A stretch of 55,921 bases of DNA from Selaginella moellendorffii (Eukaryota; Plantae; Lycopodiophyta): the NCBI RefSeq assembly GCF_000143415.4, contig NW_003314266.1, positions 3,754,887-3,810,807 of the forward strand, written 5' to 3'. Position numbers and translations under genes: made by a program. This document shows, one piece after another, positions 1 to 13,040 of this stretch (positions are counted from its first letter, which is position 1; every line of letters starts with the position of its first letter). A model generated the notes under the pieces. That model was not told the DNA's origin and ran no database searches. It was given only the letters and a program-made list of their open reading frames with translations.

Positions 1-1596
1 TCATGCCTTCTGCCTACTAGCATTTGTAGTCTTTTGCTTTTTCTTCCACTTCTTGTCATGCTTTATCTTGCATATGAGAGTCTCCAATAACTTTGAGTAT
101 AACCAAAGAAGATAACTATGCATGATCAATACTCAACCAAAACTAAAGCGAAGACCATAAAATGGACTTATATAGATACACAATCTCTTAATAAACAAAG
201 TTACAGTATAGGTACTAACATCTCAATCACAAATAATTAAGTTGGACATCACCATCCTTAACCAAGGCACAAGGTTAGTAAAACTAAGTCAAGATCAGTG
301 AAAGCTCATTACTCTCATAGAATCTAATGAAATGCAAAATGCAACTAACCACCAAGCATAATGTGTATAGAAGAAAGGCATAAATGTAATCTTTCTTGAA
401 AAACATAATAACTACTTTTTTATACCAACTCCAAACTCTATTTAACTCAATTACCTTAGCCCCAAAAGGTAATATCATTTTTAAGCCACATCATACATAC
501 TAAAGTCTAAGCTAATTAAAGTAAACTCTAACTTTTTCACTAATTTGCAATAGCTTTCGAAAACAAAATGGTTTTCAAGCAAAATGATTAACAGATTAGC
601 CATTGGAAAAGATTAAAAAGAATGATTCTTTGTCCAAGAATACAAATTCTTAAAACTCAACTAACTTCATCTTACTTATAATTTCACATAAATTCACCTT
701 AACACAAATTTTCATTACCCAATAACATGCTTAAGTACCGAACAACATGCCCGTATAATTGACATCCAACAATGATATATGTAAATGCAAAATAAACACA
801 TTAAACTTGATCATAAAGATTATGTCTTTAAATATCCATATTGTAATAACACTTTTCATCAATCACTTTCAAGATCCAATATAAAGCCAAAACACTAATA
901 AAAAAAATGATATGGAAAATCAAGTTTGAAGGAAAAATTCCCCATCACTCAACATAATAATACCACTTCCACTAACATAAGTGTTAGTAATGTTAATGTT
1001 TTAACTTTACACATTTTTATTCAACAATTTACTCAAAGTACTAATGGATTCACCAATAACCTATAGCAAATGAATGCTATAACTTTTCCATCACCTAATA
1101 GGCAAATTTTCAAGGAACTAAAGTACCAACATCAATTTAGTATAAAATGGATCACCATCAAGAATCCAACTAAAGCTACTACTATGTGTAAATATATTAG
1201 TATCATCATTAACCACTTTGGGGTTAATCATTATTTGACCAAGCAACTTCATAAACACATTGCTCAAGATCACATGAATATAATATAACAATCACAATGA
1301 CTTGATCATTAATTGAGTAACACCACGAGCAATACCCATGTCACTATTATAGAAGTTTACGTGAGTATCAAATGCCAACTCAATTCGACAAAATGCAACA
1401 CAAATATTATACCCCACCAATAGAAATTTACATCATCTAACACTACCAACTTCATTCACAACATGGACAAACTCATATCACTCTTTTGCTAACCAAGCTC
1501 AAAACTAATCCGATACCAAACTACTCAAGGAGCAATAGCAAAGTTCATTGGAAAAGAATTGAGCATTGCAACCTAAGCCTTCTAATAGCAAACCTA
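1..1596. repeat. Copy 1 of a near-identical direct duplication (copy 2 at 15710-17306)
   Basis: Sequence and ORFs recur at +15,710 (ORF 284 vs 15994, ORF 1070 vs 16780). I saw only a 1-nt indel near position 13 and a G/A difference at 1395/17105. Identity ends after AACCTA at 1596/17306. Confidence 0.95.
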
Positions 1597-2374
1597 GGGG
1601 GTTGCAAAAGTATATTAGGGAGAGTGGAACTAGTTTAGCCAGAAAAGGCTAGTGTGACCTAGGAGGGTTATAACCACATGGTGGGTGATGATATAACCAT
1701 TAAGGAATTTAATTTTAAAATGAACATAGATGGACAAGTGAGGTAACTTGGGTAAAATATTCAAGAGCCAACTCTATCTCCTCTGGAAGATCAAATGGTT
1801 AATGTTCCCAATCCAAGTGTGGGTAACACTCCCTATTTGGATACTTAGTATGGCTCATTGAAGCTTTGCTTTAGGGCACCCAAAAATGGAAGGTGGGGGG
1901 AGTACCCATAAGGTTTATGTTGAGCTACAATGTTTTGAAATGTCATCCCAAAGTCTTAGATTGTGGAAAGGAAGAAAAACAATCCTCTTATATAGTGACC
2001 AAAAATATATTTATATGGTGAGGAAGTCCCAAAGCTCAATAGGACTTAATGGTCAAGCATTTGGGCCTTAACCTAATGGCAGTGTTGACAAGCATTACCA
2101 TGGATAGAGAGGGATTTGGTAGGAAATAAAGAAGGGATATTAGGGAAGGGTGATCCTTATGTATTTAGGCATCATAAGGATGATAAGATGTGGTTAAGGG
2201 ATGACCACTCATGGATGAACCAAATGTAAAGGTAGAGTGGTATAAAAGCTATTTATAGGGGTAACAAGTCCCTAAGTCAACAATTAAACTTATGGAGGTT
2301 ATGAAGGAAATTCTTTCAAGTGGTCAAAAGTGTGATTAAGCGACTAAAGTAGAATGGAAAATTAATCACTTACA
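1593..2374 (+). mobile_element. Truncated 3' half of family-B LTR
   Basis: Colinear with ~19470-20376 and ~55000-55921 (CCTAGGGGG... through ...AATGGAAAATT...CTTACA). Left end is cut at the duplication junction. Confidence 0.85.
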
Positions 2375-2604
2375 CTCAAATGGGAATTAGAAAATAGATA
2401 TAACTAATCTTAATTTGATTCAAGTGAAGGGTTGGGTTTATATACTAAACTAGCATGCTAATCACTATCAATGAAAATAGTGTGCCTTCTTAGGCTATGA
2501 AAATAATTAAGTCCTAAACCTTTCCACTAGTCATTTGAGCTTGATATATTGCTTTAGCCTACACTCAAGCCTAATTTTGTGCCTAATCTTAAATTTTTGA
2601 TAGT

Positions 2605-3150
2605 TGTAAGTTTTTGTATTTAAACTTCCCAAAAGGTCATTTAGCCCAATATTATTCAAACCCAAAGACACTTAATTTTAACTATCCTAAGTCTTAACCA
2701 ATTAGAAAAAAGGGTGCACTATTATTCATGGGCTCTTTCCCTCTATATTTAAACTTTATAGATCACTTCTTAAATTGTTATTTTTAGTTGTTTATAATCT
2801 ACTATGTTTCCTTACGAGTTCACACCCTCGTGAATGGAAGTTGAGAGCCATAACACTTGACACACTACCCCTCGAGTTGAGCCTAGCCAAAGGCAAGCTG
2901 GATCTACCTTTCAAGTCTTTTTTTTTTTAGTTGCTTACAATCTACTACACTTTTCTACAAGTTCACACTCTTGTAAATGGAAGCTAAGAGCTATAGTTTT
3001 TGACACCCTACCCCTCAAATTAAGCCCAATGGGAAGCAAATTAAACCTGCCAGATGTCAATCTCAACATATAGTATAATTCCCCTAGTTAATTAATAGAG
3101 TTAAACCTAAGACCTCTTTGATATCAAATGTAAGACCTTGTATTTGGATC
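2605..3150 (-). mobile_element. Decayed Cassandra-like TRIM (5S-bearing LTR, partly duplicated internal region, PBS remnant, start of second LTR)
   Basis: Colinear with 45537-45936. PBS remnant CTCTTTGATATCAAA at ~3113-3128 is followed by TGTAAGACCTTGTATTTGGA, which resembles the LTR end. Confidence 0.75.
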
Positions 3151-4152
3151 TTGAAGAATGACAAATCATTCTACATTAACAATAATAAAAAAAAAACCTT
3201 TTGACAAGGATAATCAATTATTCTAGATGATAATCAATCATATATAGATAAAAATGTTCTAAAGGACACTTCTTGTTCTAACAATTTAAATATTTACTAT
3301 ATGCCATAATAGGGATGTTTGTTAGAACATAAAATAAAATGTTTGTAGAAAAAGTATTCTTGTTACTTCTTTATATTTGTACTCTGTGCTTTCTAGCTAG
3401 TAAATATCAAGTTTGTCAAAATTAAAAAATTATTAAATTTGAAATAAGATTCTATGTAAGGTTATATAACCATTTGGAACGAAAAAAAGAAACCGTTGAT
3501 ATAAGCTTATTGCATATAAAAGAAAGACTTGGTTTTTTCTAGAATATATTTTTGAGGGGTTTGTCATAGTATATTGTTTAAAATTTATAGATCTTGCACT
3601 TTTATTTGAAAAGAGGGAAATACATACAAATATCTATTGGTTCTAGTGCTAGTAATTTTAACTATTGCAATCTTTCTTCCCAGGGTTCAAGGGTTAGGAG
3701 ATGCAATAATTATCCCATTGCATAACATAATTAAACCACACAAGAGAAAGAAAGAGAGGATAGTGAAGGTTAAAGATAAATGCAATGACAAAGGGTGTAA
3801 CAAATTAGGTGAAAAAGAATGCTCTTTTATTTATTTCAAAAAACTGCAATTTCGTGACTTTCAAGAAATGTCTTATATATTTTTTGGTTTCCGGTGGAAA
3901 TAATGGTGATGATCAGTATGATGGTATATATGGTCTTGCGATACATTGCAACATCAAGCACTTGAAAGACTACCATGAAATATTTTTTAAGATGGTAAAG
4001 ATAGCAATGGAAATACATAAGTATTATGGGTAGTATTGCAAAAAGAACACTTGCAAGTATATAAAATGAAAAATTAATTTTTTTATTAATTATATAAAGT
4101 ATAATAAGTTTATATTATTGATAGAGAATAAATATCAATAGTGTTAGAAAAT

Positions 4153-7100
4153 TTAGTTAGCTCCAAAAGTTTTTTGCAACTTAGCAATAGTAAAGCTTAC
4201 TTGGTGTATATAAATATCCACTTTAGAATTCTGGTGCAAGATGTTAATGAAGATGTAGTATATATGCTTGTAAGGAGCATATACATTCCCATGTTCTTCA
4301 TGCTTCATAAAGTCTAAACATATGCAAGAAGGAAAGTCTTGAATGGTAATTGTGTACTCTCCACCTTCTATTTTAACTATGTACTCCTTTGCAAGCACAG
4401 TGATGTATTTTGTGGAGAGAATTTCACACTCAAATGTTTAAGCCAAGCTTATTTTACCCTACTTCTACTTAGAGACAATACTAATAAATTTAACTGCTTT
4501 ACTTTTTTCTTGCTAACCTCCTATACATCTTTACGGGAACAGCCCTAGTTCTGTCACTCATGTCTCCAACTCTCCTTTCAAGATTGAAACTAGATTTTTC
4601 AAGGTTTTTAATCTCATTCGAGGTGAGCACAACCCCATTAGCAATTGGCCATTCTTTAGGTATTATATTAGGTTAAATCACTATAGTGTCTTCAAGCCAC
4701 TTCATATGGTTGGCATCGGTGTTGCAACAATACAGCCAGCACCATTTTGAAAATCTTGCTTGCTTTCATTTCCCATAGAAACATGGGGCTAGAATAGAAG
4801 CAGATTTGTCACCATGAATCTAGGCCCAACATTTACCCCTCAGAAGCATTCTTACACACCTTACATTAAATTTTGTTAGCATTTGACAAATTGCCCATTG
4901 CTTTGGCTCCATGCTACAATAAACAATTTCAACTTGTTATGATGCACTCTCTTCATCACCCATTTGAGGTGGCTTGGTCTAAGGGTGGTGTCTTGGAGCA
5001 AAATGGTACTCAATATCAGGCCTATGAGAGATTTTTGCTCCAAGATTTGTGCTAACTTATTCACCAGTAAATTAAAAGTGATGCTTTGAATAAACAGTCT
5101 TCATGTCACTAATAAAAACCTAGGAGTGTACTTCATAGATGTGTTGCAGACCACTTCTTCCACTGTAATTACCATTATTTGTGCTAATGGAATCAGTTTC
5201 TTCTTCATTTAATTATGTAACATCTCAACAGAAGGCTCTATTCCCACATATCTTCCTTCTTCAAATGCCAATGCTTTTGAAGACTTCTTTATAGCATGTA
5301 TCAAATATGATAAATAAGCTTCGTATAGACTCATCTTTCCTTTCCTTGCCCTAGAGGAATGCCAACTTCAATGCTTACTTTCAGAGAGATTCATAGTTGG
5401 GGTGTATGTGAGGTCCATAGTGGTTGATCCTAATAGAAAATGCAATATTAAAAAGTAATAAAATGAGAAGAAAAAATAAAAACTAACCTAAAAAGAGTGA
5501 TGTCCCCACTAGAACATCCTAACTTCCCACCACCCTAACCATGACTTAAATTGTGGCAGACAATTTACATTTGTATGGCCATCTTCACACCACCATATTC
5601 AAATCTCGTTTGCTTTTGCTTTATGCTCTTCTTCAGAAGGTACAGTTTGCCATTGTTTACACAACTCCTTAAACATTGATTGAAACTCTAGCTTGATAAA
5701 GTAGTAATGTTAGTTTAGGTTTTGAGCCTAATGAAACTCACAAGTCTTCTTATGACCTTTCAATGGCTAACCATTCCCAAAAACTACTTGGACACCATTC
5801 CAGTTTGCACCAGCCCCATCTGCCATGAAACCAAGAAAGTTTGCAAGCTTACCAGTCCACTTAGTACAATATTGGAGAGGGACTTCCAAAATATTTCCTG
5901 GGCTATCTAGTCTTGTATTTTAAACTCTATTGTCGCAATTGTCAAGCTACAACATAGTCTGTGAAAACACAATATTATAACAATTTTAATATAATGAAAA
6001 TAAAAATTACCTTGGATCATACATATGGTTGTCCAACCTAATATGGACTCTATATGGTCAAAATATACCCATACATTTGCAAGGTCTCTAGACTCAAACA
6101 TGTCCATTTGGGAAACAAAATTTACACTAGAGGTAGGGCCCATTGTAGACATCTTGAAGATGAAGGGGCACTCCTACTCATTCACAACTTGATGTAGAAA
6201 CAACCTTTTGTGGATGAACTTATATGGATAGGTTCATTTGAGTTAAAGGATAGAGTCAATTTTTTATTGTAACTTCCCCTCTCGAGATTCACACATCCAA
6301 GATTTTATCATAAACAATATAATGTAAGAAGAAGATATTAATGTAATGTATGAAATATAACAAATGTACCTCCTTAGGCTAATAGTAGGTTGTACTCCTC
6401 ATAGTAAGTCTCGCAAGCTAGCCTCATTTAGTTGAGTTTTTTGGCAACCCAGATTGAGTAAAGTGTTTGCAAAAAAATCATTGAGGACAGTTTTCTGAAC
6501 ATGCTTCAGAGTTGCAGATGAATTTCTCATAGTCTTTTCTTGCACAACATCTTTAAAACAGTTGAGAGAACTCCTTTTCATCCCTTCTTACATTGGATGC
6601 ATGTGTGTGCCAACATGCACTACAGCTCTTCCAGTCATTCCATCCCATGAAATAAAGTAGTACATCTTAGCCTTGTAAATAGCACAACATAGAAGAGCAT
6701 TTTTGCAAAATCGACACTTGAATTCAACAGCAATAGTGTCATATGCTAGAGGAGTGATTGCAGACCTTTTGAAAAATATAGAATTTCTACAACGATCTTG
6801 ATTGCATGCTTCATCCACCCAATCTAAATGCCCGCCACAATGAATTATAAACATTGTGCCTTCAAAATGTTGGAAGTATATAGTTTTGATCTTGCATCAA
6901 TTGTGGACATCCTGCTTGGGTTCTATCCCCTTCCATTTGGAATCTATGCTGCTGACAAGAGGTGGTAGCTCGAAGAAATGTTGCCATTGTAGGAGGATAA
7001 AAGCTCGCTTACAAGCCTATATAAAAACAAATGCACATCGATTGAGAGGCATGAAAACTAAAAAGCATTGCTAATAGCTTTGAATATTGTTGATGTTGGA

Positions 7101-7343
7101 GCTGATGAATTCAGCACTAATACTAGCATGAATTCTCCACTTGAACTAGAAAAGGACAAGAGGATAATGACTGACTCTTGCTTCACATTCACTTTGGTTG
7201 GAGCACATTTTAGCACTTTGACTAAAGATCCAAAAACTTAAATCTCCTTCAACTTGGAATTCTGCAAATCCTATTGTTATCCACCCACACCGGAAAGAAG
7301 AAACTCCAATCAAAATATTGACATAAAAAACTTTCAAAAACAA
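4153..7343 (-). pseudogene. Mutator-like (MULE) DDE transposase with C-terminal SWIM zinc finger, degenerate and intron-containing
   Basis: Minus-strand motifs: VWVYFDH (ORF 5907-6152), GFMADGAGANWNGVQVVFG (5771-5847), MULE-type CEFH (5731-5742), PTMNLSESKH (5371-5400), SWIM-like PSCICLDF...YKHIYYIF (4153-4398), Cys/His-rich N-terminal region (6588-6854). Many stops and frameshifts. Confidence 0.8.
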
Positions 7344-8227
7344 TATTTTAAAAGAATGAAAAAGGTGGGTGATCTCAGAAATGAAGAAGAAACGTCTCCA
7401 TCCTTCTTAATAGGTTTCAGAGTTCTCTCTCTCTTTATGCTACTTTTAAAAATCTATAGTGAAAGATAATTGAAATTTAAGGAGAGCAATAAAAAGAATG
7501 TCAACAACATACAAAATGAATTTAAATTCTATAGCAAATTTAATATGGGCAAGTGTGATAGTATTAATATTACTTTCATCTATTATGATGTTTGATGCAT
7601 GTATATACATAGATCTAAGGAAGGATTTTCAACACGTGAAATTTGATAGTCAATAATGATATTAGTAATGACATTCTACTATAGCGTATCAATCCAAGAG
7701 ATTTAATTTGACTGTCAGTATGTTTGATGTGTCAAGTTGTCAATTCTTAAGTGCTAAATGATGATAAATATTGTCAAATCTTATTCTTCAATGACAGATT
7801 TGATTCATAGTACAACTTGAGTTTTATCCATAACATTACTCAATGACATTTAAAGCATATGCCTATTATTTAGGATCTAATACAACACAAAATAAATTTC
7901 TGGATGAGGATTCATCCATTCATAGATGAATATAGTACAACATATTTTAATGTGCCTTATTTATACTCTTTAAAGTTCCTGTAACGATTCCAAAATATAT
8001 ATAAAATATTGATGAGAATGCATCCTTTCTAGATAATTTGGAAAAAATAATATCATATCTCTAATAACAGAAACATAGATAGGTGCTAGTTATATCATCA
8101 TAAAAATATACAAAATAAAGAACCATAATTCACATATAATAATAATAATAAGATAAAATAAGATTGAAGATATTGTGATGGTTGAGATTTAGGTTATTCG
8201 GAATGAACAGCCAAGATGAGAGATTGG

Positions 8228-8283
8228 TTAGGGTTAGGGCAGCTGTCAGGATTAGGGTTAGGGTAGCCACCAGGATTAGGTTA
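8228..8283 (+). repeat. Short TTAGGG telomere-like repeat patch
   Basis: GGTTAGGGTTAGGG...ATTAGGGTTAGGG...ATTAGGGTT. Confidence 0.7.
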
Positions 8284-8304
8284 CTATTTGCGCCATGAGT
8301 GGAG

Positions 8305-8560
8305 TGCACGAGAGATCAAGGGATTGAGCACGTGAGAGATCGAGGGATTGAGTTCACGAGAGATCGAGGGATTGAGTGTGTGAGAAATCGAGTGATTGAG
8401 TGCATAAGAGATCTAGGGATTGAGCATCAAGAGATCAAGAGATTGAGCGTGGAGGACATGAGTGCGAGAGATTGAGTGTGGAGGGCATGAGTGCAAGAGA
8501 TTGAGTGTGCGAGTGGGAGAGATCGAGTGTGGGAGAGTGCAGGAGATCAAGCATGTGAGT
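8305..8560 (+). repeat. ~20-22-bp degenerate tandem repeat (GAGAGATCGAGGGATTGAGTGC-like)
   Basis: Unit repeats about 10 times, decaying to the right. Confidence 0.8.
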
Positions 8561-8699
8561 GTGTGAGAGAGTGAAAAAGTGAGGGAGTGTGAAAGATCCA
8601 ACACGATTGAGAGATTAGGAAAGAACAATGCCACCAATGATGAGTTTTCATTTGATTGTTTCTATGTTTTTTCTTCTTGCTTTTGTCACCTTATGTCAC

Positions 8700-9085
8700 T
8701 AGCCCGAGCTGGACCTCAGGCACTTTGGTGGCCCGAGGGGCCAATGTTATTCAAATAACTTTAAACCCTTGGGGTGTCTAAAGTCCAACTTGGGCAGGCC
8801 ACCTCGGTCACTTTGGCTACCTAAGGGGCCGAGGTTATTTGAATAACCTGGGCCCCTTAGGGGGCCAAAGTGCCCAAGGTCCAGCTTGGGTTGGCCACCT
8901 TAGGTGGGCCACCTCAAGCACTTTGGCCACCCGAGGGGCCAAGGTTATTTGAATAACCTCAGCCCTTAGGGGGGCTAAAGTGCTTGAGGTCCAGCTTAGG
9001 TGGGCCACCTCGGGTACTTTGGCCACTTCAAGGGCTGAGGTTATTTGAATAACCTGAACCCCTTGGGCAGCCAAAGTGCCCAAAG
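8700..9085. repeat. Tandem array of four GC-rich ~64-bp palindromes with core AGGTTATTTGAATAACCT
   Basis: Cores at 8746-8759, 8832-8849, 8942-8959 and 9038-9055, with inverted arms CACTTTGGC...GCCAAAGTG. Confidence 0.85.
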
Positions 9086-9183
9086 TGGAGTTTGGGCCTA
9101 CTTGATTTTTTTTTTTCTCTTTGACTATTTGAATTTTTTATTATCTTTGTTTAGTTTGACTAATAAAATTTTTTCTCTTGTAG

Positions 9184-12100
9184 AAAAGGAAAATAGTAGT
9201 TGTTAAAACCACGAAGATATAAGAAGTTGAGTTTGGCATTGATTAAGATATTATAATCGACATGTCCATTAGCACATCAATAAAGATGCAATTCCTTAGA
9301 AATCCACCACCTCCACCACCATCACCTCTGCATCCCCACCTCCACCACCACTATTGCCACCTGTACCACCACCATCACCACCTCCACCACTACTATTGCC
9401 ACTACCACCGCCACCATTACCACCACCACTGCCACCACCACCACCCCACCATCACCACTACCACCTCCACCTTTACTCCTCACTAGCCCATTATCAACAC
9501 AAATCTCTGAAGTTGGGCAATTTAGTAGTGTTTATGATAGGGAACTTGAGGAATAATCTAGAATTGAAAGAGTTATAGACCTTCTTGACAACATGGTGGA
9601 CAAACACTTCTAAGAGACTGTTATACAGACAAAAGAAAAAGCAATTCACCAAACATTTGAGGCACACAAGTGGCCAAGCCTTTGTGACTTAATTAAAAAA
9701 ATCCCCCTTTGCCATTTGCAGCAGACGAACCTTATGTGCACAACATCCAAGTATATCAACCCGGATATATACAACTTGTTCAAACAGAATGGCCTTGCGA
9801 TGAATATCGGTATATTTTTAGTTTCTTTTTACAAGTCAGAAATGACAAAGATCATTACCGTCACACTCAAGATTGTGAATAGTTAGGATTCTATTTGGAG
9901 GAGGAAGTCCCTAGAATTTGATAACATACTTATCAAACATCCTGAGACTTGATAGCTTGTAGGGACAATATTCCAAATTATTGATAGTAACCACCGATAT
10001 AGGGCTTGGATGAAGTGTATCGACGATCATTTTCACGATAATCCCGTCTACCATATCAATATTTTAGTTGGCCATATCTATGTGAGGGGACCTCTAGATG
10101 TCAATAGACTTATCTTGGCCTACCAAAATATCAATGTATAAGTTTTATAATTCTACCTCCAACTCCACTTTAACTTGTTTTGTTATGTTTAAATGCAGGC
10201 TTGGGGAATTTGTTGTTCAAAAGCAAAACCTTGTCCATAACATCGAGAAAATTTGATTTTGGTAGACTTGAGTGAGAATGACATCTGCCAACATTATGGT
10301 GATGATTTCACAATACTTGTTTGGCACTCATGCACTCGAATGACGGCACAACTTAGTTCAATAACCCAATCAGTTTTATGCTCGTTGTGTGGTGCAAAGT
10401 ATATATTTCCCTTTCACTTTATAAGGGCCTTTTTTTATTATTTTGGTTTTTAGCCTTTGGTGAAGGTCAAGCAAGATGCTTACAAACTTGCATATCTGAA
10501 GAAGAGTCAAAAAGAGCTCTCAATTGAGCTCATACAAATTGAGCACAAAATTCAGCATACAAAGTCTTCAAAGTTGAAGAAAATAGTAAGCATTACAGAC
10601 AATCATAGGCTAAAGGAGTGGCTAGAGATTATAGTCGAAATTTCTTTTTATGAATGTAAGTTTTTTATCACACTTCAATTTTCTCAATTATGCATATGTT
10701 ACTTTTGTAGTGAACAAAACTCTAGATGCCATGATTTACAATATCGCAAAATTAAAGCTTCTATATAAACAATAGATAGAGGCTCTGGAATTCCTTAATA
10801 TTTGCTTGATGAACAAAAAGAAAGGATTGCCAAAACTATTTGAGAACATGATGAGAAGGGTTATTTACATTATACAAGCTATAAGTGAAGGTGAGAAGTT
10901 CTTGGCACTACACATTGGTGATGATCCAAATGGCATATTCATATCTTTCGACACCTACATCAACACATCATTGGAAGGGATCGAAGAGGGGTGGCTACCA
11001 AAGAAGCTTACAACCACAACAACTTATGATTGCCAACATAGTCAACTTTATTTTATATGACATGTAGCTTATAAGTATAACATGATTTCTAAAACTTCTT
11101 TTAAATATATATTGTTTATAGATATCTTTTGGGATGGCTACCAAAATCCCACTACACTAATATTAGTATACAGCATCGTAGCCGTACACTTGGCCCTCAC
11201 ATCATCCCCTCCTCTCGAAATAATGGAAGGCTATCAGAGTTCTCTTGTAGATGGGTCGGGATCTGGAGGAACGTCAGGAGGAGGCATCGGTGGATCTGTA
11301 AACAGCATTAACTGCTCCTGATCCCTTTGTATGAAGCATTTCAACCACTTCAGCTTTAAACCAACATCCCGTAGCTGATCCAACACTTTACACTTTGCAT
11401 GCCATTTGAGGCATCAGTTTGCACTTGACTTATTGCATTGGGTGTAAAAGATGAAGGAATGTACTCAACAATGTTTGCAAGAGTTCTAAAAGCACGAAAG
11501 ATAAAATGCCCTTGGGAGTTAGAGCTCCTAGGGAAGGAGACCCCTACACTAGACCAAGAGGAAGTTGTCAATGCTAGCAACGATGGTGATGCAAGTGACG
11601 ATGGAGATGAGGATGAGGAAGCTCTAGATCATTCGTGTTCCACCACCAGATAGCTAGGATTAGGCTTCAATTCAACCATTAATCAACTTAGATTTGGATT
11701 AGGTTCCACCAGTAAATAACGATGATCAAGTGGTTCACAGAATATCACATTGACCTTGAAGTAAGCAAAAGTGAATTTTACAAATTAAAGGTGGTAATAC
11801 ATGTTTTTTGTAGCAATGACTATTGGTAGTAATTTCATTCTAGCTTGATGAGATGATTGTGAAGAGGAGTTGGAAGAATTCTCATCGACAACATGCCATA
11901 TGACAGTAGCATATTATTCATTGTTTTTTTCATTCACTTAACTTTTTTATAAGTCTGTCTTGTTTCCTCAATAACATAAAGAGGCATTATAGGTGTCTTC
12001 ATTGGCTCCTATAGTAGATTGTTGACATTTTTCATAGAAGATGACATCAATATGGATATATGGCGTTAGTTTAATTGTTAGTGTTGAAAGATATAAAGGC

Positions 12101-13040
12101 TCTTGCTCACAGTTGCGGACTTTATTCTCTTCGACTTTCCAGACAGTCTTTCAGATATCAATGGGAAAGTTGAAGATTAGAACTTTCTCACACTTGACCA
12201 CATGTGCAATGCATTCCTCTTGTCTGAAGCACTTATGCTCAAAGCTCCCCATGTCGTCTTCATCCTACTAAACAACCCAACTAGATGTATGAGCTTATGA
12301 CTTGTGTAGTAGAAGTTCACTTCAAGTCATTCTCTTCCAAGTGCATCATAGATCTTATTAGCGTTGATACTAGGGGTGTCCAAGGGAAGATTGAAAAGGT
12401 GAGTACGTATTTTATATTTTTATCTAATTTCTAAACTTTCTTATTTTCTAGGTTATGATGTGAACCTATTATGCCTTTTGTAAAAACACACATGATGGGT
12501 TTCATGATAGTGAATGTGTAGCACGTGTTTTTCTTGGGTATGATAATTCCACTAACATCATACCCAACTTTGTGGATGGGAAGATCCACAACATGTTTCC
12601 AGGGTATTAATTTCAAACTCTATCGGTGATGTAAGTCTTGCTTGAGCTCTATTGCCCACCAGATGGTGTTGTGATTAATTGCATAGCCGGTAGCAGTTCT
12701 ATGATGGAGGCAGCACATGACTCTAGTAGGTCGGTATTTGCTATTGAAGAACATCATTTCTTCAAATGTTGGCTCAAAGGATTTTGTGAGTTGCCTCCAA
12801 CCTCAAGGAGGTAAATTATGTTTATATTACAATTTCAATATATGTTTTATTTTTTTTTATAAATTACAATCACCTGAAGTTTCTAGAATTGGAGGCTTTG
12901 GAAGTATCCCTGACTATGCAGAAGCCATGGCTCAACAAAAGCAAGGTGAATATTTTCCACAATACCAACATAGGAGGAAGTATAAAAGAATCAATATGTT
13001 AATGATGAGGCAAAAGAAAATTAATTGCATCCTTATATGA
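9184..13040 (+). pseudogene. Degenerate multi-exon gene: Pro-rich region, ParB-like domain, acidic region and N4/N6 DNA-methyltransferase-like C-terminus
   Basis: IKKIPLCHLQ (~9692), FQIIDSNHRYRAW (9971-10009; GxHR-like ParB motif) and LLELYCPPDGVVINCIAGSSSMMEAAHDSSRSVFAIEEH (12638-12754; resembles the SAM-binding region of beta-class amino-MTases). Many stops; boundaries approximate. Confidence 0.6.
9302..9470 (+). repeat. (CCA)n-rich microsatellite, probably encoding poly-Pro in the decayed gene
   Basis: Imperfect CCA run; produces the poly-P and poly-H ORFs at 9262 and 9354. Confidence 0.9.

Noticed and set aside
9262-9578. Extensin-like or His-rich protein gene
   Set aside because: Explained by the CCA microsatellite within the decayed cargo gene.
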